Positions 36,223 through 44,757 of a DNA stretch of 64,000 nt are shown in pieces (positions within the stretch are counted from its first letter, which is position 1; every line of letters starts with the position of its first letter). The position numbers and the translations under genes were made by a program. The notes beneath the pieces were generated by a model, which searched no databases, was not told the DNA's origin, and saw nothing but the letters and a program-made list of their open reading frames with translations. This DNA comes from Candidatus Methylomirabilota bacterium (lineage in GTDB: Bacteria; Methylomirabilota; Methylomirabilia; Rokubacteriales; CSP1-6): the NCBI GenBank assembly GCA_046723845.1, contig JBKOVG010000150.1, positions 5,491 to 69,490 of the forward strand. The letters run 5' to 3'.

Positions 36223-37185
36223 TCAGAAAGCCGAGCCGGCCTCGAGAGTGGGGAGGTAGTGTGGCGCGTCGGGAAATGCGATGGGGCGAATGGCGGGCAG
36301 GGTGACGCCGGTCTCGCGATACGCGGCGACCAGCCGGCCGAGGACGGCCGCATCGCCCACCGCGCCCAGGGCGTCCGCGAGGCGGTCGGGCACGGCGGCG
36401 GGCGTCGACGCGCGGTCCCAGGCAGCGATCTCGGCGCCGAAGCCGCTCTTCTCGAGCATGGCGCGATAGAAGGGCAGCGTGAGATAGCGGGTCAGCTCGA
36501 TCTTGAACGCCTCGCGCCCCGCCGCGCGATCGGTGGTGACGGCGGCGGGCACGGACACCACGATCTCGAACCCCTCGAGCCGCTTGCCCGCCCGCTCCCG
36601 GCCGCGGCGGATGGCGGGCAGCGCGTGCCCGCGGATGTAGGCGGGCGCGCAGAGCCACAGCACGGCGCCGTCGGCGATCTCGCCCGCGAGCTCGAGCATG
36701 CTCGTGCCGAGGCCGGCGAGATAGATGGGCGGCGGGGAAGGCAGACGGGGCACTCCCATCTGCCACGTCACGTGATAGCGCGTGCCCGTGTGCTGCACGC
36801 GCCCGCTGAGGGCCTGCCGGAGCACGGCCACGTACTCGCGCGCGACCTCCAGCGGCTTGCCCATGTCGAGACCGAGCGCGCCTTCCATCACCGGGCGATG
36901 GCTCACCCCGATGCCGAGGCGGAGCCGGCCCCCGCTCACCTCCTGCAGGGTCAGCGCTTCCTGGGCGAGGAGAATGGGGTGACGCGGGTAAAGCGGCAGC
37001 ACCCCGGTGCCGAGACCGACGCGCGGCGCGGCGTGGGCATAGGCGGAGAGTACGTGCAGGCCGTCGCGCCCGATGCCGTGGGTGACCCACACGCTCTCGT
37101 ATCCCGCGGCATCCGCCCGGCGCGCGAGATCCACGGCGGCCGCGAGGTCGGCGCCCGGCGAGAGGAAGATCGCGGTGCGGGCCAT
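36223..37185 (-). CDS. LLM-class (luciferase-like) flavin/F420-dependent oxidoreductase
   Basis: MARTAIFLSPGADLAAAVDLARRADAAGYESVWVTHGIGRDGL…LGIGVSHRPVMEGALG…. Confidence 0.75.
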   Translation of the reverse strand: MARTAIFLSPGADLAAAVDLARRADAAGYESVWVTHGIGRDGLHVLSAYAHAAPRVGLGTGVLPLYPRHPILLAQEALTLQEVSGGRLRLGIGVSHRPVMEGALGLDMGKPLEVAREYVAVLRQALSGRVQHTGTRYHVTWQMGVPRLPSPPPIYLAGLGTSMLELAGEIADGAVLWLCAPAYIRGHALPAIRRGRERAGKRLEGFEIVVSVPAAVTTDRAAGREAFKIELTRYLTLPFYRAMLEKSGFGAEIAAWDRASTPAAVPDRLADALGAVGDAAVLGRLVAAYRETGVTLPAIRPIAFPDAPHYLPTLEAGSAF

Positions 37186-37188
37186 GGC

Positions 37189-37916
37189 TCAGCGGGCGGG
37201 CACGACGCCGAGCGCCGCGAGCTGGCACCGGAGATCGTCGCCCTTGTCGACGCGGAAGAGCACGCCCTGCATTCCCACCTGGCGCGCCGCCTCCACGTTG
37301 GTGTCGAGATCGTCCACGAACACGCACTCATGGGGCGACAGGCCCAGACGCTGCGCGGCCAGGATGAAGATGCCCGCCTCGGGCTTGGCCATCCCCACCT
37401 CCGCCGAGCAGACGATGTCGTCGAAGAGGTGATGGAGAGCGAGCTCGCCCTCGAGCCGGTCACGCAGGGAGAGGTCGGCGTTGCTCAGGATGGCGAGCTT
37501 GTAGGGCGGGCGAAGCTCACGCACCAGGGCGAGGTTCGGCGTGATGGCGCACTGCGAGGCGCGCCACTCCTCGTGGAGCGGAGGGAGCGGACGGCCCGCG
37601 CGCTCCTCGAGGGACCGGTGGGCGGCCTTCTGCCAGGCCAGCCGGTCGCCGCGGCCGCGCTCGATGTCTCTCCAGGTGTCCGTGCGGTACAGGGTCTCGA
37701 AGACGGAGAGCCGAGGCAGACCATGCGTGCGGTCGAGCTCGCGCGCGACGTCCCAGCGCATGTCCCAGAGCACCCCGCCGAAGTCGAAGATGACGCCGCG
37801 CAGACTAGCCTCTTGCCGGAGGGGGCTAGTGTGTTGACTATCCTCGGTTACGTGGCGGGTTGGAGAGCACTTGCCCCTCAGCTCAGGAACTCGTCGCGAC
37901 CAAAACCTGCAGCACA
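37189..37916 (-). CDS. HAD family hydrolase. The start is uncertain: there is an unusually long N-terminal region before motif I.
   Basis: Motif I IFDFGGVLWD and C-terminal motifs …ILSNAD…VFVDDLDTNVEAARQVGMQG. The only ATG upstream of motif I (37914-37916) leaves ~40 aa before it. The 5' end sits at the edge of the low-GC insertion. Confidence 0.55.
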
Positions 37917-38003
37917 TGGGAAGCCGCGCACGCTCTCCAACAATTCCCCCGATAAAACCGTGGCAGCCGATGAACCGCTCTCTCAAGTCTCATAACGGCT
38001 TCT

Positions 38004-39131
38004 CTATCGTGCGAGTTGTTTACGAATAACCGGACCTATTTTGTTAGCTAAAGCAACGGGCATCCACCGTGTCCACATATTCGAGAATTGCGACATCATT
38101 GACGAGGACGAATCAAATGTGCGCAGTGCGTCCTGCTGCTTCGACATCAGGTAATAATGAGAATGGGGAATGAACGTACATCCCCATTTTCTTTTGAAGT
38201 GCTCCTGACCGTCGTACCGTACGGAGCCGAAATCAAAGAAGGAATAACCATTCTCGGCTGCAAATCGGATAAATTCCCAATGGATCAGATCATTCGGTCT
38301 CAAATTCCAATATGCGGGATCTGAAACGATGTTGATGATGCTGATCCTGCGGCCACACGCAAAACCCAGCAGACCCGCCACCTTGATGGAATCCTTCATG
38401 GCCCAGAAAATCTTCATCTTATCGCCGAATGCTTTATAGCAGTCCAGGTAGTACCGCAGATTATGCGGAGGCACGCCGAGGCGCTTCATCGATTCGCAAT
38501 ACAGCGAGAAGAAAGGCCCGCGTAGCGTCGCCTCGTTGCATTCTTCTTTTACGGCTAGACCGGAGTTTCTTGCCTTGTTGACGGCCTTCCGGGCTTCATA
38601 ACTGATTTTTCGCCGCCAGATCTCATCAACGTTTGAAGCCAACTCCAGGTAAGCTAGTAAATGCGGATGTCGGCCAGCGAATAGCTCTTCGTTGAGACTC
38701 GACGGGATTCCGTGGTTGCCATTGATCTCCAGCGTCACGTCTTTAAATTTCTTTGCGATGTGCGCGCGCAGAGAGCCCACGATTTCTCTGATTTCATCGA
38801 GATCCAACTCGGCCGCGACCAGCAGTCCGCCATACTCAGAAAATGGCTGGCTGATCAATTTGCGGCCGAACAAAAGGCTCCGGGTGAGTGCCATCGGAAC
38901 CACCGCAACGATCTCGCTGCCTTTGACGAAACAAATGCGTTGCGAGCGGAAGCCATAACACTCCGTCGCCATCCCGTAGTTGTACAGGTGCGCAAACCTG
39001 CCCTCGACGTTGCTCTCGACGAACGCGTCCCAGGTTCCTTGATCCTGCCAATCGTCTCTTATCCGAGGCAACTCCCTCTGCGAAGAGTGGACCCTCCCAG
39101 CACCGTTAGGTGACGTTGCTTCCATAAACAA
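38004..39131 (-). CDS. FemAB-family / CelD-like GNAT-fold acyltransferase (similar to PEP-CTERM/exosortase-associated FemAB proteins) on a low-GC insertion
   Basis: 375 aa at roughly 48-50% GC in a ~70% GC context. The FemAB-like two-lobed acyltransferase signature is spread along its length (…YNYGMATECYGF…FEYGGLL…LRYYLDCYKAFGDKMKIFWA…FDFGSVRYDGQEHFKRKWG…). Confidence 0.6.
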   Translation of the reverse strand: MFMEATSPNGAGRVHSSQRELPRIRDDWQDQGTWDAFVESNVEGRFAHLYNYGMATECYGFRSQRICFVKGSEIVAVVPMALTRSLLFGRKLISQPFSEYGGLLVAAELDLDEIREIVGSLRAHIAKKFKDVTLEINGNHGIPSSLNEELFAGRHPHLLAYLELASNVDEIWRRKISYEARKAVNKARNSGLAVKEECNEATLRGPFFSLYCESMKRLGVPPHNLRYYLDCYKAFGDKMKIFWAMKDSIKVAGLLGFACGRRISIINIVSDPAYWNLRPNDLIHWEFIRFAAENGYSFFDFGSVRYDGQEHFKRKWGCTFIPHSHYYLMSKQQDALRTFDSSSSMMSQFSNMWTRWMPVALANKIGPVIRKQLAR

Positions 39132-39135
39132 ATTC

Positions 39136-39420
39136 CTAGTACTTGCCCTTGGTCTTTCCCGCCGTGGACGGATCGGGCGCCTTCACCGGCGGCCCGATGT
39201 CTCCGCCGAGGGCAACCCACCCGCGGTCCTTCATGCAGTCTTCGTCGAGGACCTTGGTCTTCTTGTCGGTACAGGCGGTGCGATCACGCTCGAAGTCGGC
39301 GGTGGTGTAGTTCACGTTGGGCTTGTACCACTGCCTGTCGGGCGGCCCTTCCGAGCAGCCGGTGGCGAGGACGAGGAGTCCGATGGGGAGGAGCGCAATC
39401 AGTCCCTTCATGAAGCGCAT
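39136..39420 (-). CDS. Small lipoprotein (94 aa)
   Basis: MRFMKGLIALLPIGLLVLATGCSEGPP: a canonical signal peptide with lipobox LATGC. Confidence 0.7.
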   Translation of the reverse strand: MRFMKGLIALLPIGLLVLATGCSEGPPDRQWYKPNVNYTTADFERDRTACTDKKTKVLDEDCMKDRGWVALGGDIGPPVKAPDPSTAGKTKGKY

Positions 39421-39437
39421 GGTACCATGCCGCCGAC

Positions 39438-40460
39438 ATGCTCGACACCACCATCGCCGGCAGCTTGCCGAAACCCGCGTGGCTCGCCGCTCCGAACATG
39501 CTGTGGGCGCCCTGGCGGCTCGCGGGCGGCGCGCTCGAGGAGGGCAAGCGCGACGCCGTGCGGCTCGCCTTGCAGGATCAGGCGGAGGCGGGCATCGACA
39601 TCGTCACCGACGGCGAGCAGACGCGCCGGCACTTCGTATGGGGCTTCGTGGAGCGGCTGGAGGGCGTGGACTTCTCGAAGATGGTACGGATCGGGATCCG
39701 CGCCGATCGCTACCAGGCCGACGTGCCCACGGTGACGGCGCCCCTGCGACGCCAGGGGCCGATTCACAGTGACGAGGCGCGTTATCTTCGCGGCCGGACC
39801 CGGCAGCGCATCAAGTTCACCATGCCCGGCCCCATGACCATCGCGGACACCATTCACGACGCGCACTACGGCCGCCGGGCGGACCTGGCCATGGCCCTCG
39901 CCGCCCTCCTCAACGAGGAGGCGCGCGAGCTCGCTGCCCTCGGGGTGGACGTGATCCAACTCGACGAGCCCGCCTTCAACGTCTACATGGACGAGGTGCG
40001 CGAGTGGGGCATCGCCGCCCTCGACCGCGCGGTGGACGGCCTGCCCTGCCGCACCGTGGTCCACATCTGCTACGGCTACGGCATCAAGGCCAACACGGAC
40101 TGGAAGAAAACGCTCGGCGCGGAGTGGCGACAGTACGAGCGGACCTTCCCGCTGCTCGCGGCGAGCCGCATTGGCGGCGTCTCCCTCGAGTGCGCCAACT
40201 CGCACGTGCCCATGTCGCTCATCGGCCTCCTCGGCGACAAGGACGTGCTGGTCGGCGCCATCGACGTGGCGAGCGATCGCGTGGAGACCCCCGAGGAGGT
40301 GGCCGCGGTCATCCGCGAGGCTATGCGTCACGTCAAGCCCTCGCAGATCTTCCCCTGCACCAACTGCGGCATGGTTCCCCTCGGCCGCGATCTCGCCCGC
40401 GCCAAGCTCCACGCTCTCGGCGCCGGCGCCGCCCTCGTCCGCCGCGAACTCCCCGTCTAG
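39438..40460 (+). CDS. Cobalamin-independent methionine synthase (MetE) C-terminal-domain-like methyltransferase, the short ~340-aa form
   Basis: MLDTTIAGSLPKPAWL…IVTDGEQTRRHF…HICYGY…FPCTNCGMVPL, the UROD/MetE_C fold with its Zn ligands. Confidence 0.75.
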   Translation: MLDTTIAGSLPKPAWLAAPNMLWAPWRLAGGALEEGKRDAVRLALQDQAEAGIDIVTDGEQTRRHFVWGFVERLEGVDFSKMVRIGIRADRYQADVPTVTAPLRRQGPIHSDEARYLRGRTRQRIKFTMPGPMTIADTIHDAHYGRRADLAMALAALLNEEARELAALGVDVIQLDEPAFNVYMDEVREWGIAALDRAVDGLPCRTVVHICYGYGIKANTDWKKTLGAEWRQYERTFPLLAASRIGGVSLECANSHVPMSLIGLLGDKDVLVGAIDVASDRVETPEEVAAVIREAMRHVKPSQIFPCTNCGMVPLGRDLARAKLHALGAGAALVRRELPV

Positions 40461-40514
40461 ATCCACTTCCCCGGCCGCGTTGGCACTAACGCGAGGCGGG
40501 GCGGGTCCTGTCAC

Positions 40515-40597
40515 CGAGGGCGGGGGTGCGCTCCCCCTGCCCGCGGCGTCAGGCCCCGCCCGCCTCGCGCTCCGGAGAACGTGCGAACGAGGCCGAG
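40515..40597 (+). repeat. MITE/REP-like repeat, copy D (internally deleted derivative), between the convergent MetE-like and ABC substrate-binding-protein genes
   Basis: Retains the left segment gggcgggggtgcgctcc and the right segment ccccgcccgcctcgcgctccg…gtgcgaacga of the family. It lacks the ~80-bp core. It ends 10 nt from the substrate-binding-protein gene stop. Confidence 0.5.
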
Positions 40598-40606
40598 CGC
40601 CGGAGG

Positions 40607-41671
40607 CTACTTGAGCTTGTAGCCCTTGGCCTCCGCGGCAATCTTCGCCGCGTCGAACTTGTTGATGTCGTCGATTAGCTCGTTGGTGATGAGGTCGCGC
40701 CAGTCGACCTTCTCCTTGATGACGCCCCACTTCAGCATGAAGTCCGTGTAGGCCGCGTAGTTCGCCTCCGAGTTCTCGCCCCACTTCTTGACGCCGGACT
40801 TGTCGAGCTTCCAGTTCGCCACGCGCGCCTGCAGCACCTTCACGTCGTCGCGGATGGCCGTGGCCTCGCCCTTGCCCGTGGGCTTGGTCGCCGGATAGAC
40901 GTCGTAGAGGATGCGGATGGCCGCCTCGGGGTTGGCGATGGCGAACACCGTGCCCATGGCGTAGCCGCGGGCGAGGGCGACCATCTCCTTCCGCTTGTTC
41001 TTGAGCGTCTCCTCGAGGGCGAGGAAGCCGTTCGAGGGATAGCGGTCGATGTCCTTGGTGTCGAGCACGCGCAGCTTCACCCCCGCGTTCTCCACCAGCG
41101 CGTACTGGGTGTCATACTGGGAGAGCGCGTCCACCTGCTTGGTCCTGAGGAGGGCCGCCGTCTGCGCCCCTTCCCCCGCCACCACGATGTTGATGTCCTT
41201 GTCGGGGTTCATGCCATTGGTTGAGGCGAGGGCCCGCGCGATCAGCACGCCCGCCGAGCCCATGGCGATGACGCCGATGTTCTTGCCCTTGAGGTCGGTG
41301 AACTTCTGCACGGAGCTGTCCGCGGGCACCGCGATGCCGTAGATGTTCCCCTGGTACGCGGTGTAGAAGATCTTGGCCTTGATCCCCTGCGGCCGGCCCA
41401 CGGCGAGCGGCTCCACGCTGGGCAGGGCGGCCACCACCTCGCGCGTGGCCACATTCTTCACGCAGTCGCCGGAGCCGGGCAGCGGCACCAGCTCCACCTC
41501 GATGCCTTCTGCCTTGTACCACCCCATCTTGGTGGCGATGGCGAAGGGCGAGGTGGCGCTCGAGATGGTACGCGAGCACCAGCCCACCGCGAGCTTGGTC
41601 TGGGCCACGGCGGGGACGGCGGCGCCGAGGGCGAGGGTGAGCAGGGTGACGGCGGCGGTGAGATGCCTCAT
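40607..41671 (-). CDS. ABC transporter substrate-binding protein, NitT/TauT (SsuA-like aliphatic sulfonate / nitrate) family
   Basis: ATG at 41669-41671 (MRHLTAAVTLLTLALGAAVPAVAQ signal peptide). The longer ORF to 42385 is spurious. Confidence 0.75.
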   Translation of the reverse strand: MRHLTAAVTLLTLALGAAVPAVAQTKLAVGWCSRTISSATSPFAIATKMGWYKAEGIEVELVPLPGSGDCVKNVATREVVAALPSVEPLAVGRPQGIKAKIFYTAYQGNIYGIAVPADSSVQKFTDLKGKNIGVIAMGSAGVLIARALASTNGMNPDKDINIVVAGEGAQTAALLRTKQVDALSQYDTQYALVENAGVKLRVLDTKDIDRYPSNGFLALEETLKNKRKEMVALARGYAMGTVFAIANPEAAIRILYDVYPATKPTGKGEATAIRDDVKVLQARVANWKLDKSGVKKWGENSEANYAAYTDFMLKWGVIKEKVDWRDLITNELIDDINKFDAAKIAAEAKGYKLK

Positions 41672-42444
41672 GCTTCGACCTTCTCTTTCTCGGATGGGTC
41701 CCAGAAGAGGACGCGCTTCCGGATGAGCGAGATACCGCGGTTCAGGAGCAGCCCCACCACGGACAGGATGAGGAGCACGGAGAACTGGCCGGACACGTCC
41801 ATGGTGAAGTTCATGCTCTGGATGAGCATGCCGAGCCCATGCTTGGCCCCCACGAACTCGCCCACGATGGCGCCGATGAGGGCGAAGATCATGGCCACGT
41901 CGAGCCCCGCCATCACGAAGGGGAGGGCGTTGGGCAGGCGGAGCATCCAGAAGATCTGCTTCTCGCTCGCCGCGAGCGAGCGCATGAGGCTCACGCGCTC
42001 CTCGTCGGTGGACTTGAGTCCCACGATGGTGTTGACGAGGAGAGGGAAGAAGGCCACGAGGGCGGCGTTGACCACCTTGGAGGAGAGTCCCAGCCCGAAC
42101 CAGATTACGATGAGGGGAGCCAGGGCGATCTTGGGCAGGGACTGGAACATCACGATGTAGGGGTAGAGGAAGAACTCGAATCGCCGCGAGAGCGCCACCG
42201 CCGTGCCCAGGCCGAAGCCGAGGGCAGAACCCAACAGGAAGCCCAGCACGGTGGAGACCAGGGTGTAGTAGAGATGCTCGACGTACACGCCGCTCGCCAG
42301 ACCCCGCCAGAGCGCCTCCGCCACCTTGGAGGGCGCAGGCAGGATGAACTGCGGGATCTGGAAGAGGCGCACCACCGCTTCCCACACGCTCACGAGCACG
42401 ATGAAGAGGATCACGGAAATGCCGATGTTGCGCGCCCGGCTCAT
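41668..42444 (-). CDS. ABC transporter permease, NitT/TauT (SsuC/TauC-like) family
   Basis: Six TM segments and the EAA-like motif region …LMRSLAASEKQIFWMLRLPNALPFVMAGL…. Confidence 0.8.
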   Translation of the reverse strand: MSRARNIGISVILFIVLVSVWEAVVRLFQIPQFILPAPSKVAEALWRGLASGVYVEHLYYTLVSTVLGFLLGSALGFGLGTAVALSRRFEFFLYPYIVMFQSLPKIALAPLIVIWFGLGLSSKVVNAALVAFFPLLVNTIVGLKSTDEERVSLMRSLAASEKQIFWMLRLPNALPFVMAGLDVAMIFALIGAIVGEFVGAKHGLGMLIQSMNFTMDVSGQFSVLLILSVVGLLLNRGISLIRKRVLFWDPSEKEKVEA

Positions 42445-43217
42445 GCGTCGATCCCTCCCTTCACGTTGAAGTGGCCGCGGATGCGCCGCACGTGCTCGCC
42501 GAACTCGGGCGTGTTCATGATGTCGAGGCTCCGCGGCCGCGCGCTCGTCACCCGCACGTCTTCCAGGATCTTGCCGGGGCGCGGGGTCATCACGAGCACG
42601 CGATCGGCGAGGAACACCGCCTCGGGAATGGAGTGGGTGATGAAGAGCACCGTCTTCTTCTTCTCCATCCAGATGCGCTGGAGCTCCACGTTCATCAGCT
42701 CACGCGTCATGGCGTCGAGGGCCCCGAAGGGCTCGTCCATGAGGAGGAGGGCGGGGTCGTGCACGAGGGCGCGCGTGATGGCCACGCGCTGCTGCATGCC
42801 GCCCGAGAGCTCCCAGGGATAGCGCTCCTCGAAGCCCTGCAGCCCCACGAGGGAGAGGAGGTCCAGGGCGTCGCGCCGATGTCCATCGCGCCCGAGGCCC
42901 TGCACGTCGATGGGCAACAGCACGTTGTCGAGCACACTCCGCCAGGGGAAGAGCACGGGAGACTGGAAGACCACGCCGATGTCCTTGCGCGGGCCGGCGA
43001 TGGCGGTGCCGCGCAGCCGGGCCTCCCCCGCGGTGGCGGGAAGGATGCCCGCGAGGATCTTGAGCAGGGTGGACTTGCCGCAGCCCGAGGGACCGACCAC
43101 GGCCACGAACTCCCCTTCCCCGACGGAAAAGGAGATCTCCTCGAGCGCCGACACCGTCCCGGTGCGGGCGGCATAGCGCTTGGTGAGGGCGTTGACGGCA
43201 ATGACGGGAGCGCTCAC
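42441..43217 (-). CDS. ABC transporter ATP-binding protein, NitT/TauT (SsuB/TauB-like) family
   Basis: Walker A GPSGCGKST, signature LSGGMQQRVAITRAL, Walker B LLMDEPFGALD. Confidence 0.85.
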   Translation of the reverse strand: MSAPVIAVNALTKRYAARTGTVSALEEISFSVGEGEFVAVVGPSGCGKSTLLKILAGILPATAGEARLRGTAIAGPRKDIGVVFQSPVLFPWRSVLDNVLLPIDVQGLGRDGHRRDALDLLSLVGLQGFEERYPWELSGGMQQRVAITRALVHDPALLLMDEPFGALDAMTRELMNVELQRIWMEKKKTVLFITHSIPEAVFLADRVLVMTPRPGKILEDVRVTSARPRSLDIMNTPEFGEHVRRIRGHFNVKGGIDA

Positions 43218-43303
43218 GGCGGGCTTCTATTGCTAGCACATTTCACGGCGACGGCACAAGCGCACGTTGACAGGCGGGAAGCGATTCGCTACCGTGCCCC
43301 CGC

Positions 43304-43936
43304 GTGGACTTCCTCGTCTCCATCCTCACCGGCCACTACTCGCTCGACGCGCTCATTCAGTGGGGCGGCTATCTGCTCCTCGTGGCCATCGTGTTCGCGG
43401 AGACGGGGCTGCTCATCGGCTGCTTCCTTCCCGGGGACTCCCTCCTCATCACCGCGGGCCTCCTCGCCGCCGCGGGCCATCTCAACATCTGGTGGATCAA
43501 CGCGCTCCTCATCGCGGCGGCCATCATCGGGGACAGCGTGGGCTACGCCATCGGAACGCGGCTGGGCCCACGCATCTTCACCCGCGAGAAGTCGCTCCTC
43601 TTCAATCCCCAGCACGTGCTGCGCACGCGGCGCTTCTACGAGAAGTACGGGCCCAAGACCATCGTCATCGCCCGCTTCGTGCCCATCATCCGCACCTTCG
43701 CGCCCGTGCTCGCAGGGGTGGGCGTGATGGAGTACCGCCGCTTCCTCACCTACAACGTTCTCGGCGGCATCGGCTGGGTCGCCTCCATGAGCTGGGCGGG
43801 CTATCTCCTCGGCCAGACCGTGCCCAACATCTCCAAGCACATGCACGTCCTGGTGATCGTGATCATCGTGCTCTCCTGCGTGCCCATCGCGGTGGAGATC
43901 TACCGCGAGCGCCGCAAGACGGCTACGCGATCTTGA
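43304..43936 (+). CDS. DedA family (VTT/SNARE-associated domain) membrane protein
   Basis: GTG start. …FAETGLLIGCFLPGDSLLITAGLLAA…IARFVPIIRTFAPVLAGVG… A TTGACA-17-TACCGT candidate promoter lies at 43268-43296. Confidence 0.75.
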   Translation: MDFLVSILTGHYSLDALIQWGGYLLLVAIVFAETGLLIGCFLPGDSLLITAGLLAAAGHLNIWWINALLIAAAIIGDSVGYAIGTRLGPRIFTREKSLLFNPQHVLRTRRFYEKYGPKTIVIARFVPIIRTFAPVLAGVGVMEYRRFLTYNVLGGIGWVASMSWAGYLLGQTVPNISKHMHVLVIVIIVLSCVPIAVEIYRERRKTATRS

Positions 43937-44705
43937 TGATCCCCGGCTCCACCTGATCGAAGCGCGTGGCCACCTCGGGGTCGTGGCCCACCACCACGCG
44001 CTCCTTGGACCCCGCGAGGGCGTCGATGGTCTCGAAGCCCGCGAGCATCTGGGGCAGGTTGGTGATGATCTGCACGGGATCGCGCCGCTCGATGTTGCGG
44101 TAGAAGTGCGAAGCATCCGAGGTGAGCACCACCGTGCCCTTGGCCGTGGGCACCGAGACCACCTGCAGCCCCGCGGTATGTCCCCCCACCCAGTGCACCT
44201 TGATGCCGGGAGCGATCGCGGCCTCGCCGCTGACGAGCTTCACCCGGCCGCCGTAGTTGAGACGGACGAGCTGGGCGAGCGACTCGGGTAGGGCGAAGGA
44301 TCGATAGTTCTCGTGCTGGCCGGCGATGCCCGTCCAGAACTCGAGCTCCTCCCGCTGCATCCAAAAGGTGCTGCCGGGGAAGTAGGGATAGCCGCCCCAG
44401 TGGTCCCAGTGCAGGTGCGAGACGAGCGTCACCGGCACCTCGGCCGCCTTCACCCCCACACGCGCGAGCATGTCCGCGGGGCTCACGAAGGCGCGGAGCT
44501 CCTTGAGCCGGGCGTCGGGCTCCGTGCACCCCGTGTCCACCACAATGGGATGAGGTCCGCCCAGGATGACCCAGATGAAGAAGTGCAGGGTGAGCGGCTT
44601 CTGCGAGGCCTCGCGGAAGAAGAACTGGCCTTCCTTGGTCTCCCGCTCACCGTACTTGAGGGCGTAGATCTGGTAGGTCGCGGTCATGACAATCTCCTCA
44701 TTCAC
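43923..44705 (-). CDS. MBL-fold metallo-hydrolase (N-acyl-homoserine-lactonase-like)
   Basis: HxHxDH motif HLHWDHWGG and downstream His/Asp ligands. Confidence 0.7.
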   Translation of the reverse strand: MNEEIVMTATYQIYALKYGERETKEGQFFFREASQKPLTLHFFIWVILGGPHPIVVDTGCTEPDARLKELRAFVSPADMLARVGVKAAEVPVTLVSHLHWDHWGGYPYFPGSTFWMQREELEFWTGIAGQHENYRSFALPESLAQLVRLNYGGRVKLVSGEAAIAPGIKVHWVGGHTAGLQVVSVPTAKGTVVLTSDASHFYRNIERRDPVQIITNLPQMLAGFETIDALAGSKERVVVGHDPEVATRFDQVEPGIIKIA

Positions 44706-44757
44706 TCAGCCCTCGCCTCCTCGCTCGAAGCGAGCGCCTCAGCTCGAAGGGCAATGA

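Noticed and set aside
37805-37835. Inverted repeat CTAGCC-N13-GGCTAG at the left edge of the low-GC insertion, considered as a terminator or att-like site
   Set aside because: Short stem, no flanking T-tract, and no matching copy at the other edge of the insertion. Noted only as a possible boundary marker.
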